A stretch of 64,000 nucleotides of DNA from an uncultured Candidatus Saccharibacteria bacterium (GTDB lineage Bacteria > Patescibacteriota > Saccharimonadia > Saccharimonadales > JAGQNJ01): assembly GCA_964504275.1 (NCBI GenBank), contig CAZDDV010000001.1, positions 20,982 through 84,981 of the forward strand, given 5' to 3'. The translations under genes and the position numbers were made by a program. The notes below the pieces were generated by a model that ran no database searches, had not been told where the DNA came from, and saw nothing but the letters and a program-made list of their open reading frames with translations. Below, in pieces: positions 48,633 through 61,288 of the stretch. How positions within the stretch are numbered: position 1 is the first letter of the stretch; each line of letters opens with the position of its first letter.

Positions 48633-50450
48633 ATTGTCGGGCTTTTTTTTGTGGGCGTCGTTGTAGCTCTTGCGCTATGGCAACATATTGCGCCGGACTA
48701 TCACGGCGAATATGGCATTATTGGCACACTCAGCAAAACTGGTTATCATCCGCTCACCAATATGCTCAGGTTTTTGCTATTTATATTACTACCAGCGTTA
48801 TTAATTGGGATGTATTGGTTTTTCGCCAAACCTAAAAATGTGATATATCCAGAGCCAAAACGTGAGAAGGTTGCCCTTTCATGGCCAGTAATTCTGATCT
48901 CTACCGTCACATGTTTGATAATGATCGTCGTTGCATTGAATGCTCCAACCTATCATTCGTGGGGGAGTTTTGATAGTTTTCACGAAGGCGAGGCTCTCGG
49001 TTCGTCCGAAGCTTATGGAGCTGGTTTAGCGCCGTACAAAGACTACGTTATTTACCACGGAGTTTTTCAGGATCCACTGCGCGTAATCGTGGCATTTAAT
49101 ATTTTTGGTGAATCAATCGGCTCCGTGCGAACACTGGAGTCAATTATAAAAATAGTAACCTATGTTTTATTCGCGGGGCTAATTTTGCTGCTATTTAGAT
49201 TTAGGTTTGTTCCAACAATGATCGCGGTCGCTGTGTTCACTACACTTCATTTTATTCGAACTATTGGCCCGATAGGCTACGACATTATTATTATGAATCG
49301 TGAAATTCCAATATTGTTGTTTTTAATTGCGAGCATTATTTTTTATGATTACTTAAGAAATGTTCGAGCCAAGCACGCGTTATGGAACGTTTTTAGTCTA
49401 GCGGCAATTCAAGGAGTTTTAGTTTGGGTAGCTTTTGCTTACTCGATTGACCGTGGAGCTTACTTGCTTGCACTCTACCCGTTTGCCATAGCAGGGCTTG
49501 TCGTGATCGCAAAGCCAAAGTATCGCAAAGTATTGCTAGCTGGAAATGCAGTAGGGCTTATTGTCGGCACGATTATTTTCGGAATTCTTATTAAAGGTGC
49601 ATGGTTTGAGTTTGTTAATTTTATTATGGTTGATGTGTCTAAATATGTTGAACCAATGTTCGGCTTGCCATATCCGGTTGATAAAAAAATATTCCTGAGT
49701 GCGCTTATAATATTTGCCGCTAATGTCTTGTGGTTGTTGTGGCGGTTCTTGCAAGCACAACACCCAAAGATTCACAGAAAATTCCTGCCATTTATACAAG
49801 ACTATTTCATCGAACTCATGTTACTGGGGCTGAGCTTGTTCGTGTTCCGCGGCGCGCTTGGACGAAGTGACCCAGAGCATTTGGCATATAGTACATGGCC
49901 AATGATATTGCTGAGCCTATATATATGTATCAAATATTATGTCTTGCCGTTTCTTGAGCGAAACATGTATGCCGCAAAGTTTGTAAAAAACGGATCAGTT
50001 ATTTTTGTGATACTTGCGCTTGGCGCAGGGTCGATGCGAATTGCCGAGCGTGATCTTTGGGTGCAGAATTTCCCTTTACGCGTTCCAGACAGTTTATTTA
50101 TTCCGTCCAACTATACTGAGGCTACGACGTTTTTTAAACATGAAATATCGCAAGGTAAATCATTCGCGACGTATACATCAGAAGCCGGGTGGTACTATAT
50201 GACAGACCAGACGCCACCAACACGCTTTGGCATAATTTGGTTTGCAGCAGCTAATGTTCATCAACAAACTGCGATAAACGAGCTTCAAAATAACGATGTT
50301 GATTTCATTCTTTATAGTAATGATTTTTGGGCAAATAAAATCGATGGAATTTCTAACCAAGAACGTTTACCATTGCTATACCAATATGTAAATGATGAGT
50401 ATCAGCCACATGTCAACTTACAAGGAAACCAAATTTGGATAAAAAAATAG
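48588..50450 (+). CDS. Large polytopic membrane protein (GT-C / polymerase-like candidate).
   Basis: At least 12 TM helices; C-terminal soluble domain. Confidence 0.3.
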   Translation: MKNVIRNFRTQTLLHIVGLFFVGVVVALALWQHIAPDYHGEYGIIGTLSKTGYHPLTNMLRFLLFILLPALLIGMYWFFAKPKNVIYPEPKREKVALSWPVILISTVTCLIMIVVALNAPTYHSWGSFDSFHEGEALGSSEAYGAGLAPYKDYVIYHGVFQDPLRVIVAFNIFGESIGSVRTLESIIKIVTYVLFAGLILLLFRFRFVPTMIAVAVFTTLHFIRTIGPIGYDIIIMNREIPILLFLIASIIFYDYLRNVRAKHALWNVFSLAAIQGVLVWVAFAYSIDRGAYLLALYPFAIAGLVVIAKPKYRKVLLAGNAVGLIVGTIIFGILIKGAWFEFVNFIMVDVSKYVEPMFGLPYPVDKKIFLSALIIFAANVLWLLWRFLQAQHPKIHRKFLPFIQDYFIELMLLGLSLFVFRGALGRSDPEHLAYSTWPMILLSLYICIKYYVLPFLERNMYAAKFVKNGSVIFVILALGAGSMRIAERDLWVQNFPLRVPDSLFIPSNYTEATTFFKHEISQGKSFATYTSEAGWYYMTDQTPPTRFGIIWFAAANVHQQTAINELQNNDVDFILYSNDFWANKIDGISNQERLPLLYQYVNDEYQPHVNLQGNQIWIKK

Positions 50451-50471
50451 GGTAGGGCAGAAAGAATACAT

Positions 50472-51116
50472 ATGATATTGGACCAAGTATATAAACGAAG
50501 ATTCGAAAACACCGAAATGCGAAATCAGCTTTGGGGCATTTTAGTCCGCAGTTTTTTTCAGAAGTATGTCGACCCAAATGATATCGTGCTCGACGTGCCG
50601 TCTGGTTACGGCGAATTTATAAATCAGGTGAACTGCAAGAAAAAGTATGCGCTGGATATAAATCCTGATGCAAAAAAGCATGTAAAAAAAGGGGTTAGTT
50701 TTTTATTGGCGAGTTCAACCAAAATTCCATTACCAAAAAACTCAGTAGATAAAATTTTTGTCTCAAACTTTTTTGAACATTTAACACACCAAGACATAGA
50801 AAAAACAATTCGTGAATTTAAACGGATTCTAAAAACCGGTGGACGTGTGATGGTCTTGCAGCCAAACATTCGATTTGCCTACAAAAATTATTGGATGTTT
50901 TTCGATCACATAACTCCGGTTGACGATCGAGCGCTCGAAGAAATTTTTAGTATTATTGGGTTTACTCCAAAAGAAAAAATTCTTCGTTTCCTGCCATTTA
51001 CAACAAAAAGCAAACTGCCAGTTAAAGCGGTATTTGTACGCTTGTACCTTCACATTCCGTTTTTGTGGCGTGTATTTGGCAAGCAAAGTTTTTTGATTTT
51101 CGAAAATGAAAAATAA
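50472..51116 (+). CDS. Class I SAM-dependent methyltransferase.
   Basis: IVLDVPSGYGEF...VDKIFVSNFFEHL...LKTGGRVMV. Confidence 0.6.
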   Translation: MILDQVYKRRFENTEMRNQLWGILVRSFFQKYVDPNDIVLDVPSGYGEFINQVNCKKKYALDINPDAKKHVKKGVSFLLASSTKIPLPKNSVDKIFVSNFFEHLTHQDIEKTIREFKRILKTGGRVMVLQPNIRFAYKNYWMFFDHITPVDDRALEEIFSIIGFTPKEKILRFLPFTTKSKLPVKAVFVRLYLHIPFLWRVFGKQSFLIFENEK

Positions 51117-51134
51117 TTAGGAGTACTAAAAATA

Positions 51135-51872
51135 TCAGTTGGATTTTTTATAGTCACCGCGCGACAGCCATTTTTCGATTAAGCAATACAAGATAATATA
51201 AAAGTAGCGACTACCCATTTCTTTTATTTTTAGCTTGGATTCGCCAGCAGTACGATTAGTCCAATAGTTTGGCACTACTGTATATGAATAACCGCGAACG
51301 ATGGTCTTTAGTGGAAGTTCTACAGTGAGGTTAAAATGATTGCTCAAAAATGGCTCAAGTCCTTCGATAGTCTCTCTTTTATAGAGCTTAAAAGCATTAG
51401 TAACGTCGTTATAACGAATTCCAAATAGTAGTTGTATGAGTCCGTTGGTGAAACGATTAAATATAAGCTTAACTTTCGGATAATCAATCACCTTGCCGCC
51501 TTTTTTAAAACGTGAGCCAAAAACCGCATCGTAGTTTCCTTCGACCATAGTTTTATAATAGGCGATTAGATCCACGGGTCGATCAGATAAATCGGCCATA
51601 ACGATCGCCACACAATCACCAGTAAAGTTTTTGAGCCCAGTCCGTACGCCAAAACCAAAACCATTTGGTGGCTGGTTGTTAATGTATCGAATTTCGCGAA
51701 CATCTTTCGATAACTTCTTGAGTATAGATTCGGTACGATCCTTACTATTATCATTTACGACTAAAATTTCATGCTTAATTTTTTCAGCTTTTAAGGCTTT
51801 ATGAAATGCCAGTGCGGTTTTTTTAATCGAACCCTCTTCGTTGTAGGCTGGTATGACAATTGATAGTTTCAT
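51135..51872 (-). CDS. Glycosyltransferase family 2 (soluble, DPM1-like).
   Basis: LSIVIPAYNEE...LVVNDNSKDRT. Confidence 0.75.
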   Translation of the reverse strand: MKLSIVIPAYNEEGSIKKTALAFHKALKAEKIKHEILVVNDNSKDRTESILKKLSKDVREIRYINNQPPNGFGFGVRTGLKNFTGDCVAIVMADLSDRPVDLIAYYKTMVEGNYDAVFGSRFKKGGKVIDYPKVKLIFNRFTNGLIQLLFGIRYNDVTNAFKLYKRETIEGLEPFLSNHFNLTVELPLKTIVRGYSYTVVPNYWTNRTAGESKLKIKEMGSRYFYIILYCLIEKWLSRGDYKKSN

Positions 51873-51874
51873 GG

Positions 51875-52942
51875 TTATGACAAAATTGATTTTAGGCTAT
51901 CTTCGTTTTCGTGAATCCAATTATAAATATCAATCACTGTTGCTCGTGCATCTTTTTGCCAACTTAGTTTGGATTGTTTTAAAAACTTAGTAGAATCAGC
52001 AATGAAAAATCGCAAGTCTGCGGGTCTATTCTCTTTTATGGATTCGATTGAAATTGTATTACCGGTGATTTCTTGGCAAAGCTTTGTAAGCTCTTTGAGT
52101 GAAATGCTATTTTCAAGGCCCCCACCAATATTGTATGTTTTGCCCTGGTAATCACCGAAGTTCTGTAGTTGTGTTTCAATAGCTTTGTACAAATCGTCTA
52201 TGTGAATAAAATCACGTACTTGTTTGCCCTCGCCACCGTAGCCAATGTACGAAAGTTTTTGTTTAAAATAATGTTTTGCGACCCATAAAACAAATACACC
52301 TTGGTCAACTTTACCCATTTGCCACGGTCCTGTTATGACGCCGCAACGATTGTTGATGCCTTTTATTCCGTAATTATCCATATATTCTGTTAGAAATAGT
52401 TCCGATGCTAGCTTTGTAGCGCCGTATAGTGATCTTGGGGCATCAAGCGGGAAGTCCTCGGCAATACCACGACTACTCGCACCGCTAATTTTTTGTGTAT
52501 CTTTTATTTCAAAACGAGTTGGAGTTTCGGTAAAAGCGAGATCATTTATATAGCTCATTGGGTAAATGCGACTGGTTGAAAGAAATAACACATGCGAGTT
52601 GTGCTGCCGGGCCAGTTCAAGGCAATTGAGTGTACCAATAAGATTTGTGTTAATTAAATAATCGGGTGACGAATTAATTCCGGCAAGTACGGACGGCTCG
52701 GCCGAGCATTCAATTAGTAAATCGATATTCTCAAAAACTAGATCTTCTTGATTTCTGATGTCGCCGTGCACAAACTCGATGCCAGTATCTTTAAGTCGTT
52801 TAATTGAGAGTTCTGAGCCCCGACGCTTGAGATTATCAAGACAAGTGATAGTCAACTTTGGAAAATTTGTTTTGAGTTTGATAGCTAGATTTGATCCGAC
52901 AAACCCCGCCCCGCCAGTTATGAGTACGTGCTTGTAGTCCAT
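51875..52942 (-). CDS. NAD-dependent epimerase/dehydratase (extended SDR).
   Basis: VLITGGAGFVGSNL. About 355 aa. Confidence 0.7.
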   Translation of the reverse strand: MDYKHVLITGGAGFVGSNLAIKLKTNFPKLTITCLDNLKRRGSELSIKRLKDTGIEFVHGDIRNQEDLVFENIDLLIECSAEPSVLAGINSSPDYLINTNLIGTLNCLELARQHNSHVLFLSTSRIYPMSYINDLAFTETPTRFEIKDTQKISGASSRGIAEDFPLDAPRSLYGATKLASELFLTEYMDNYGIKGINNRCGVITGPWQMGKVDQGVFVLWVAKHYFKQKLSYIGYGGEGKQVRDFIHIDDLYKAIETQLQNFGDYQGKTYNIGGGLENSISLKELTKLCQEITGNTISIESIKENRPADLRFFIADSTKFLKQSKLSWQKDARATVIDIYNWIHENEDSLKSILS

Positions 52943-53995
52943 TTAACGCTGTACCGCTGCACACATTTCATCAAGAATCATATTGATGTCGTACTTAAAA
53001 TCCCATTTTGGGTAGTGTTTTTTAAATTTAGAAACATCAGAGATGTACCAAATGTGATCACCAATACGGTTTTTTGTAGACAGTTTATAGTTGGCTTTCT
53101 TGCCAAGGCGTTTTTCGATTGCCTCAATTGCTTCAAGCATGGAGATGTTTGAGTTTCGTGCGCCACCCATATTGTAGACTTCGCCAGAACGAGGTTTTTT
53201 ATAGAAATGCCAGAACGCATTTACTAAATCGTGCGAGTGAATATTATCGCGCACTTGTTTACCTTTGTACCCAAAAATCGTGTATTGCTTGCCCGAATAG
53301 ATGCACTTAATCAAGTACGCCAAAAAGCCATGTAGTTCTGCACCAGAGTGAGACGGCCCAGTTAAGCATCCACCACGGAAAACTGCAGTCTTAAAACCAA
53401 AGTACTTACCGTATTCTTGAACCATAACATCAGCAGCAACTTTTGATGCTCCAAAAATTGAATGTTTTGTATTATCAATACTCATTGACTCGTCGATGCC
53501 TTTATAAAACTTATGGTTTTTTGGTAGCTCCCAGCGAGTCTTTCGTTCAACCAGCGGGAGGTTGTTAGGAGTATCGCCATATACTTTGTTGGTCGATGTA
53601 AAAATGAACACAGCTTTAGGACAAAACTTGCGCATGTTTTCGAGCATGACAAGTGTTCCATTCGCATTGACGGTAAAATCTGTGATTGGTTCTTTTGCCG
53701 CCCAATCGTGGGATGGTTGTGCAGCAGTGTGAATTACGACGTCAAATGCATGCGCTTTAAAAACGCGAGCAACTGCTTTGTCGTCACGAATATCAATATT
53801 ATAATGTTTGTATAAACTGCCAAGATCCTTTTTTATTTTTTTACGGTTCCAGTCGGTACTTGCTTCTTCGCCAAAAAAATAACTGCGCATATTGTTATCA
53901 ATACCAACAACTTCAAATCCTTTTTTGGCAAAAAACTTTGCTGCTTCAGATCCGATTAAACCCGCGGATCCCGTGATAAGTACTTTTTTCCCCAT
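52943..53995 (-). CDS. NAD-dependent epimerase/dehydratase (CDP-paratose-2-epimerase-like).
   Basis: [14 protein letters not shown]. About 350 aa. Confidence 0.65.
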   Translation of the reverse strand: MGKKVLITGSAGLIGSEAAKFFAKKGFEVVGIDNNMRSYFFGEEASTDWNRKKIKKDLGSLYKHYNIDIRDDKAVARVFKAHAFDVVIHTAAQPSHDWAAKEPITDFTVNANGTLVMLENMRKFCPKAVFIFTSTNKVYGDTPNNLPLVERKTRWELPKNHKFYKGIDESMSIDNTKHSIFGASKVAADVMVQEYGKYFGFKTAVFRGGCLTGPSHSGAELHGFLAYLIKCIYSGKQYTIFGYKGKQVRDNIHSHDLVNAFWHFYKKPRSGEVYNMGGARNSNISMLEAIEAIEKRLGKKANYKLSTKNRIGDHIWYISDVSKFKKHYPKWDFKYDINMILDEMCAAVQR

Positions 53996-54102
53996 GAGTT
54001 CCTCTTCTGGTAAGTATTAGTACTAGTATATTTGCATCTGTCCACATCGTCAATTTAATGGAGATGTAGTATATAAAACACTTACAAGTAAAAAGTTTGA
54101 AT

Positions 54103-54888
54103 CTACCTACGTGGTTCTATGATTGCGCACATTTGGTGTTTACCTTCACCAACTCGATAAAACTCAACGAGTCGGAATCCAACGTATTCTAAAAGTTCGA
54201 TAAATTCTGCAGGAGAGTATTGTTTGCAATGATACATTGGCAGCGGATTATGTTCTGCGCCTGGCGCCGCTGCGGGAATATTTTTAAAGTGTTGGTAACG
54301 AGTCCACGGGTGGTTTTCCATCGCCGGCCATTCCATATCATCCGGAGTTGATATTACAGCAAGTTTACAATGGGTCTTAATCCACATTAAAAGCGGTAGT
54401 GGGGACCACAGTAAATGTTCAAGTGTTTCTACAAAATAACAAACATCGAATTGTTCGTCTGGAAGTTGCCATTCAGCCGTGTCGATATTTGCTTGGTGAA
54501 ACACGACATTCTTTGGTTTCCATCGCGGCAAATAAGATTTGTGATCAACACAGGTCACCTTATTAAAGAAATGTGACAGTGACATTTCTACTGCACCTTG
54601 AAATGTTCCAATGCCAATTGCTTTGCCGTGTTCGATTCCAATATGTTTGACGCTTCTTGCTAGAATGTCATTGTTCCATGTGTATTGCAGCTCCGAATAG
54701 TCAGCATCAGAAAGTTTATTTTCTTTCGTAATGCGTGTTGTGTATTCGTGTAATAATTCAGCGGCTCGTTTTTCGCTTAACGGTTCTATGGTTGATGCCG
54801 GTGCCGCGACTTTATTCGCAACTCTTTTTGTTTGTGCTTTTGCAACACGCTTGGCTTTTGCAGCAACAGACTTTGCTTTTTTAATCAT
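54103..54888 (-). CDS. Hypothetical; methyltransferase-like with a Lys/Ala-rich N-terminus.
   Basis: Perfect SD ggagga. FDVCYFVETLEHL resembles a methyltransferase motif. Confidence 0.3.
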   Translation of the reverse strand: MIKKAKSVAAKAKRVAKAQTKRVANKVAAPASTIEPLSEKRAAELLHEYTTRITKENKLSDADYSELQYTWNNDILARSVKHIGIEHGKAIGIGTFQGAVEMSLSHFFNKVTCVDHKSYLPRWKPKNVVFHQANIDTAEWQLPDEQFDVCYFVETLEHLLWSPLPLLMWIKTHCKLAVISTPDDMEWPAMENHPWTRYQHFKNIPAAAPGAEHNPLPMYHCKQYSPAEFIELLEYVGFRLVEFYRVGEGKHQMCAIIEPRR

Positions 54889-54939
54889 GATTCCTCCTCA
54901 TTTAGTTCTGATAATATACCAATAGTAATTTTATGTGTA

Positions 54940-55326
54940 TTATTCGCGAAATATATATTTTTTATACAGTATATACGTCCAGCTAATTTGTATTGTAACT
55001 GCCAAAATTTTTGCAATACTATAGTGCATAAAATTTGTGGCAATGCTAATAAATAGGATTGTAAAAATATAATTGCACACCAAGAGTATTCCGTAATATA
55101 GTGCATGCTTTTTCACTGACTGGCGTTGCCCGGCGTCAAAAGTCCAAAATCGGTTCATCGAAAAATTGTACAAAATCGAGCTCCAGTACGCAATCGACGC
55201 GGAAACGACTAGGTGCATATCAAGGATATCGTGTAGCAAAAAAAGTATGAAAAAATCTAAAACAAATGTTGTGCCACCAACAAATACATATCGAAAAAAC
55301 GAATGTTGATATGCAAATTCGGCCAT
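54940..55326 (-). CDS. GtrA-family small membrane protein.
   Basis: FRYVFVGGTTFVLDFFILFLL...NRFWTF. ATG at 55326. Confidence 0.7.
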   Translation of the reverse strand: MAEFAYQHSFFRYVFVGGTTFVLDFFILFLLHDILDMHLVVSASIAYWSSILYNFSMNRFWTFDAGQRQSVKKHALYYGILLVCNYIFTILFISIATNFMHYSIAKILAVTIQISWTYILYKKYIFRE

Positions 55327-55348
55327 TTTTTTTATTTGTATACGCACA

Positions 55349-56713
55349 CTATCTTCCAACTCCAATATGCCTTAGATCAATTTTTTCGACGGCTTGTTTA
55401 TTGATTATATTTACGGCATCTACTACTAGAGTTCCACGCATTAGATTTTTAAACACATCGATTTTTATTGCAGCAAACTCAGGCCATTCGGTGCTGATGA
55501 GTACCGCATCGGCATCTTGCAGCGCTTCTTCGTAGCTGTTGCAGAGTTCGATAGAGCGATGTATATCTTTGCGAGCTTCTTCGTTTGCTTGTGGATCATA
55601 AGCAAAAACTTTGGCGCCGTTTTTTGCCAAAACATTGGCCAGTTTTATTCCAGGCGATCGTCGCACATCGCTTGTACCGGCTTTAAATGCTAGGCCCAAA
55701 ACTGCAATACGTTTTTGAGAAAGGTTATCGCCAAGTGCTTTTTTTATTTTTTCAGCAATGTACCCTGGCATAGTTTCGTTAACGTCAGTTGCTGCTGTCA
55801 TGATTGGCATATCGACGCCGCGTTCTTGGGCGCTGGCGATTAGGCCGCTGACGTCTTTAGGAAAACAACCGCCACCATAGCCGCGGCCAGCATTTAGAAA
55901 AGCTCGGCCAATGCGCCTGTCTGCACCAACGGCGTCCATGACTTCGTTTACGTCTGCGCCGGTTTGGTCGGCAAGTTTCGCAATCGAATTAGCAAAAGAA
56001 ATCTTGAGCGCTAAAAATGCGTTGGCGGTAACTTTTATAAGTTCGGCACTGTTTCTGTTTGTAATAATGTATGCGCCCTTATCATTTTTTGTGTCAGTTT
56101 TTGGTGATTGTATCCCAGCACGCTTGGCAATTTCTGCTCGGCGAGATTCGACAGATTTGTATAAATCCATAACTTTACTGACGGATTTTTTATCGTTGCC
56201 ACCAGCCACAATGCGGTCAAACCACAACGTGTCAGTTATTGCGGTTCCTTCGCGTAAAAATTCCGGGTTAGAGACGTAAGCGACTTTCTTTTTTATTTTT
56301 GCGAATTGTTCTTTGACTCGTTCGCCGGTTCCAACTGGAACAGTACTTTTTTGAATATAAATACTATTTGCTGCCATGAGTCTGCTTGCTTGTTCAGCTG
56401 CTGCAAACACGTAGGTTAAGTTTGAACTGCCGTCGGGATTATCAGGCGTTCCGACACAAGAAAAAACAAACTGACTGTGCGGTATGCTGTCTTCGTACGA
56501 ATCAGTCGGGATTAATTTTTTGTTATCAATGGCGTGTTTTATAAGCGGGTTAATGCCTTCTTCAAAAAAGAACGAACGGCCTTCTTTTATTGCCTGCAAA
56601 CGCTGCTGATTGATATCGAGTACGTAGGTAGTGTGTCCAGCTTCGGCTAAAAGTGTCGCCGTGGTGAGGCCAACGTAGCCGGCGCCAATGACGGTAATTG
56701 TCGTGTTCGCCAT
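55349..56713 (-). CDS. ugd: UDP-glucose 6-dehydrogenase.
   Basis: ITVIGAGYVG...GGGCFPKD. Confidence 0.85.
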   Translation of the reverse strand: MANTTITVIGAGYVGLTTATLLAEAGHTTYVLDINQQRLQAIKEGRSFFFEEGINPLIKHAIDNKKLIPTDSYEDSIPHSQFVFSCVGTPDNPDGSSNLTYVFAAAEQASRLMAANSIYIQKSTVPVGTGERVKEQFAKIKKKVAYVSNPEFLREGTAITDTLWFDRIVAGGNDKKSVSKVMDLYKSVESRRAEIAKRAGIQSPKTDTKNDKGAYIITNRNSAELIKVTANAFLALKISFANSIAKLADQTGADVNEVMDAVGADRRIGRAFLNAGRGYGGGCFPKDVSGLIASAQERGVDMPIMTAATDVNETMPGYIAEKIKKALGDNLSQKRIAVLGLAFKAGTSDVRRSPGIKLANVLAKNGAKVFAYDPQANEEARKDIHRSIELCNSYEEALQDADAVLISTEWPEFAAIKIDVFKNLMRGTLVVDAVNIINKQAVEKIDLRHIGVGR

Positions 56714-56722
56714 AATGAGCCC

Positions 56723-57586
56723 TTACGCGTCCGCAATTCGTTTTAGGTATTTTCCGTAGCCAGATTTTTCGAGTGGTTCGGCCAGTTTATGCAAACCGTC
56801 TTTGCTGAGCCAGCCACGACGAAAGGCAACTTCTTCGATGCAACCAATTTTTAGTCCGGTACGCTTTTCGATTACTTCTACAAATTGCGAGGCGTCACTC
56901 ATTGACGCAAACGTGCCAGTATCCAACCACGCTGTTCCGCGGTCCATGACCTGGACACTGAGCTTGCCACGGTTCAGGTACTCTTCGTTTATGGTTGTAA
57001 TTTCTAGTTCGCCGCGTTCACTTGGCTGAATATTTTTGGCAATTTCTACCACACTGTTATCGTAAAAGTACAAACCAACCACGGCCATTGATGATTTTGG
57101 TTTTTCTGGTTTTTCCTCGATCGATATTGCACGTTTATTTTCGTCGAACTCTACTACGCCGTATCGTTCTGGGTCAGAAACTTGGTATGCAAATACGGTT
57201 CCGCCGTTCGGGTTTATGCATTCTTTTAAGCTGTCGCCAAATCCGTGCCCGTAAAAAATATTGTCACCAAGAATCAGCGCTACGTTATCATCGCCAATAA
57301 ATTCTTCGCCAATAATAAATGCTTCGGCCAAACCATTCGGTTGTTCTTGCGCAGCGTACTGCAAGTTAATACCGATGTCGGAGCCGTCGCCCAACAAACG
57401 TTTAAATTGGCTTTGATCTTCTGGCGTGGTGATTAGCAAAATATCGCGAATTCCAGCCATCATTAATGTTGACAATGGATAGTAAATCATCGGCTTGTCA
57501 TAGATTGGCATTAGTTGCTTGGAAATTCCTTTTGTAATTGGGTAAAGTCGTGTGCCTGATCCGCCGGCTAAAATAATACCTTTCAT
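56723..57586 (-). CDS. rfbA: Glucose-1-phosphate thymidylyltransferase.
   Basis: [18 protein letters not shown]... Confidence 0.9.
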   Translation of the reverse strand: MKGIILAGGSGTRLYPITKGISKQLMPIYDKPMIYYPLSTLMMAGIRDILLITTPEDQSQFKRLLGDGSDIGINLQYAAQEQPNGLAEAFIIGEEFIGDDNVALILGDNIFYGHGFGDSLKECINPNGGTVFAYQVSDPERYGVVEFDENKRAISIEEKPEKPKSSMAVVGLYFYDNSVVEIAKNIQPSERGELEITTINEEYLNRGKLSVQVMDRGTAWLDTGTFASMSDASQFVEVIEKRTGLKIGCIEEVAFRRGWLSKDGLHKLAEPLEKSGYGKYLKRIADA

Positions 57587-58437
57587 GATGTTTGCTCCTT
57601 TTGAATATATTGTTTGAGGTTTTCTTTCCAGTCGGCAGGTGTAAATCCAGTCGCTTGAATTTTTTCTAAACTGAGGCTACTTTGCAATGGTCTCGGGGCG
57701 ATACCGTCTTTGCCTTTAAAATATTCTGCAGTGGTGGTGTCGGTAACTTGCAGGTCGTAACTTGCTTGCGCAAAAATCTCGCGCGTAATGTCCGCCCAAC
57801 TGGCAGCAATGCCCGAGTTCGATACATTATATGTACCAAAATCTGCCTTTTTTGTAAGCAAGTGATCAATTGCGCGAACCAGTTCGGATGTAAAAGTAAG
57901 TCGGCCAATTTGATCAGCAACCACGGTTGGGTTAATTCCTTTTTTGCCAAGACCAAGCATGGTGCGAACAAAATTATTGCCCTCGCCAATCACCCAACTG
58001 GTGCGCAAAATATAAAACTTTGGAGCCAGCGAAACTAACAAATCTCCGGCAGCTTTACTGGCGCCGTACACACTTAAAGGCGCGAATGCTTCGGTCTCTT
58101 TATGCTCATTTTTTGTTCCATCAAAAACATAGTCGGTCGATATGTGCACTAAAATTGCATCGTGTTGTGCAGCGGCGGCAACTAAATTTCCAACCGCATC
58201 GGCATTTACTTTCCATGCAAGTACGCGGCCTTCGGGTGATTCGGCGCCATCGACATTTGTGTAGGCCGCGGCGTTTAAAATAATGTCGACACTGCTCCAG
58301 TCGTAGCTCGCGACCGATTCTTTATTGGTAATATCGAGCTCATCAATATCAGCCGTCTGTGCATTTGGGTATTTTGCTTTGAGCTCTAAACCAAGTTGTC
58401 CGTTTGCACCTAAAATTAAAATTCGTGACGTATCCAT
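57583..58437 (-). CDS. rfbD: dTDP-4-dehydrorhamnose reductase.
   Basis: [11 protein letters not shown]. Position within the rml operon. Confidence 0.8.
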   Translation of the reverse strand: MDTSRILILGANGQLGLELKAKYPNAQTADIDELDITNKESVASYDWSSVDIILNAAAYTNVDGAESPEGRVLAWKVNADAVGNLVAAAAQHDAILVHISTDYVFDGTKNEHKETEAFAPLSVYGASKAAGDLLVSLAPKFYILRTSWVIGEGNNFVRTMLGLGKKGINPTVVADQIGRLTFTSELVRAIDHLLTKKADFGTYNVSNSGIAASWADITREIFAQASYDLQVTDTTTAEYFKGKDGIAPRPLQSSLSLEKIQATGFTPADWKENLKQYIQKEQTS

Positions 58438-58439
58438 TT

Positions 58440-59006
58440 TTATAACTCCAATGCTTCAACATCTTTAAGTAATGGGTTCGCGGCATCTTTGTCGGAAATA
58501 ATCGCGGCATCTTTGCTAATTGGCCAGGTAATACCAAGCGCTTCATCAAAAACATTAATAGCAACATATTTTACTTCTGGCGACCAATGCGCATTTACGA
58601 GGTAGGTGTAGGTAATGTTTTCTTCCAAAGTTTGGTAACCGTTAGCAACGCCGCGCGGCACAAAAACTGCAACGCCAGGATTAATTTCCAGGCTGAGTGT
58701 TTTGCCAAAACTTGGACCTTTGCGCAAGTCTACCCACGCACCAAAAACTGAGCCATTGGCGACAGAAATAAATTTTTCCCAGGGTTCGGCGTGCAGTCCG
58801 CGAATAACACCCTTTTCTTTATTGAACGAAAAATTATTTTGCACGACTTCAAAAGCGGGAAGCCCAAGCGCCTCTAGTTTTTCTTTTTGATAATTTTCTT
58901 TGAACCAACCGCGGTTATCACCATGAACCGGCAAATCAATAATATAAAATCCAGGAATTTCAGTTTCACGTACTTTGAGTTCGTTGTGTGTGGAAGGGTC
59001 AAACAC
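58440..59006 (-). CDS. rfbC: dTDP-4-dehydrorhamnose 3,5-epimerase.
   Basis: HGDNRGWFKE...GLHAEPW. Confidence 0.85.
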   Translation of the reverse strand: MFDPSTHNELKVRETEIPGFYIIDLPVHGDNRGWFKENYQKEKLEALGLPAFEVVQNNFSFNKEKGVIRGLHAEPWEKFISVANGSVFGAWVDLRKGPSFGKTLSLEINPGVAVFVPRGVANGYQTLEENITYTYLVNAHWSPEVKYVAINVFDEALGITWPISKDAAIISDKDAANPLLKDVEALEL

Positions 59007-59008
59007 GA

Positions 59009-60814
<1,806 letters not shown>

Positions 60815-60835
60815 AATTTTTGTTATGATGGTGCA

Positions 60836-61288
60836 ATGAAGCGAGTGATTTTGAGCGGTTATTTTAATCCTTTGCACGGTGGTCATTTAGATATGATCGA
60901 AGCCGCGCGGTCTGTTGGCGACCATTTGATAATTATTGTGAATAACGACCAACAACAACTTCTAAAGAAAAATAAAATTATTCTGGATGAGAAAAATCGG
61001 CTGCGATTAATGTCGGCGCTCAAAGTTGTCGATGAAGCCTTGCTGGCGCTGGATGGCGATCCGACGGTTATAAAAACATTGCAACACATTGCTGAAAAAT
61101 ATCCACAAGACGAAATTATTTTTGCTAATGGTGGCGATCGTGACGGCAAACGGGTGGTGCCAGAAACTGCTGTTTGTAGTGATTTAGGGATCGAAATGGT
61201 GTTTGGTGTTGGTAGTGACAAAGTTGTAAAGCGCGACAGCTCAACCAGAATTGATCAAGCAATTGGACACGAAGCACGAAATATCTAG
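60836..61288 (+). CDS. Cytidylyltransferase-family nucleotidyltransferase (TagD/RfaE-domain-II-like).
   Basis: GYFNPLHGGH (HxGH). Confidence 0.65.
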   Translation: MKRVILSGYFNPLHGGHLDMIEAARSVGDHLIIIVNNDQQQLLKKNKIILDEKNRLRLMSALKVVDEALLALDGDPTVIKTLQHIAEKYPQDEIIFANGGDRDGKRVVPETAVCSDLGIEMVFGVGSDKVVKRDSSTRIDQAIGHEARNI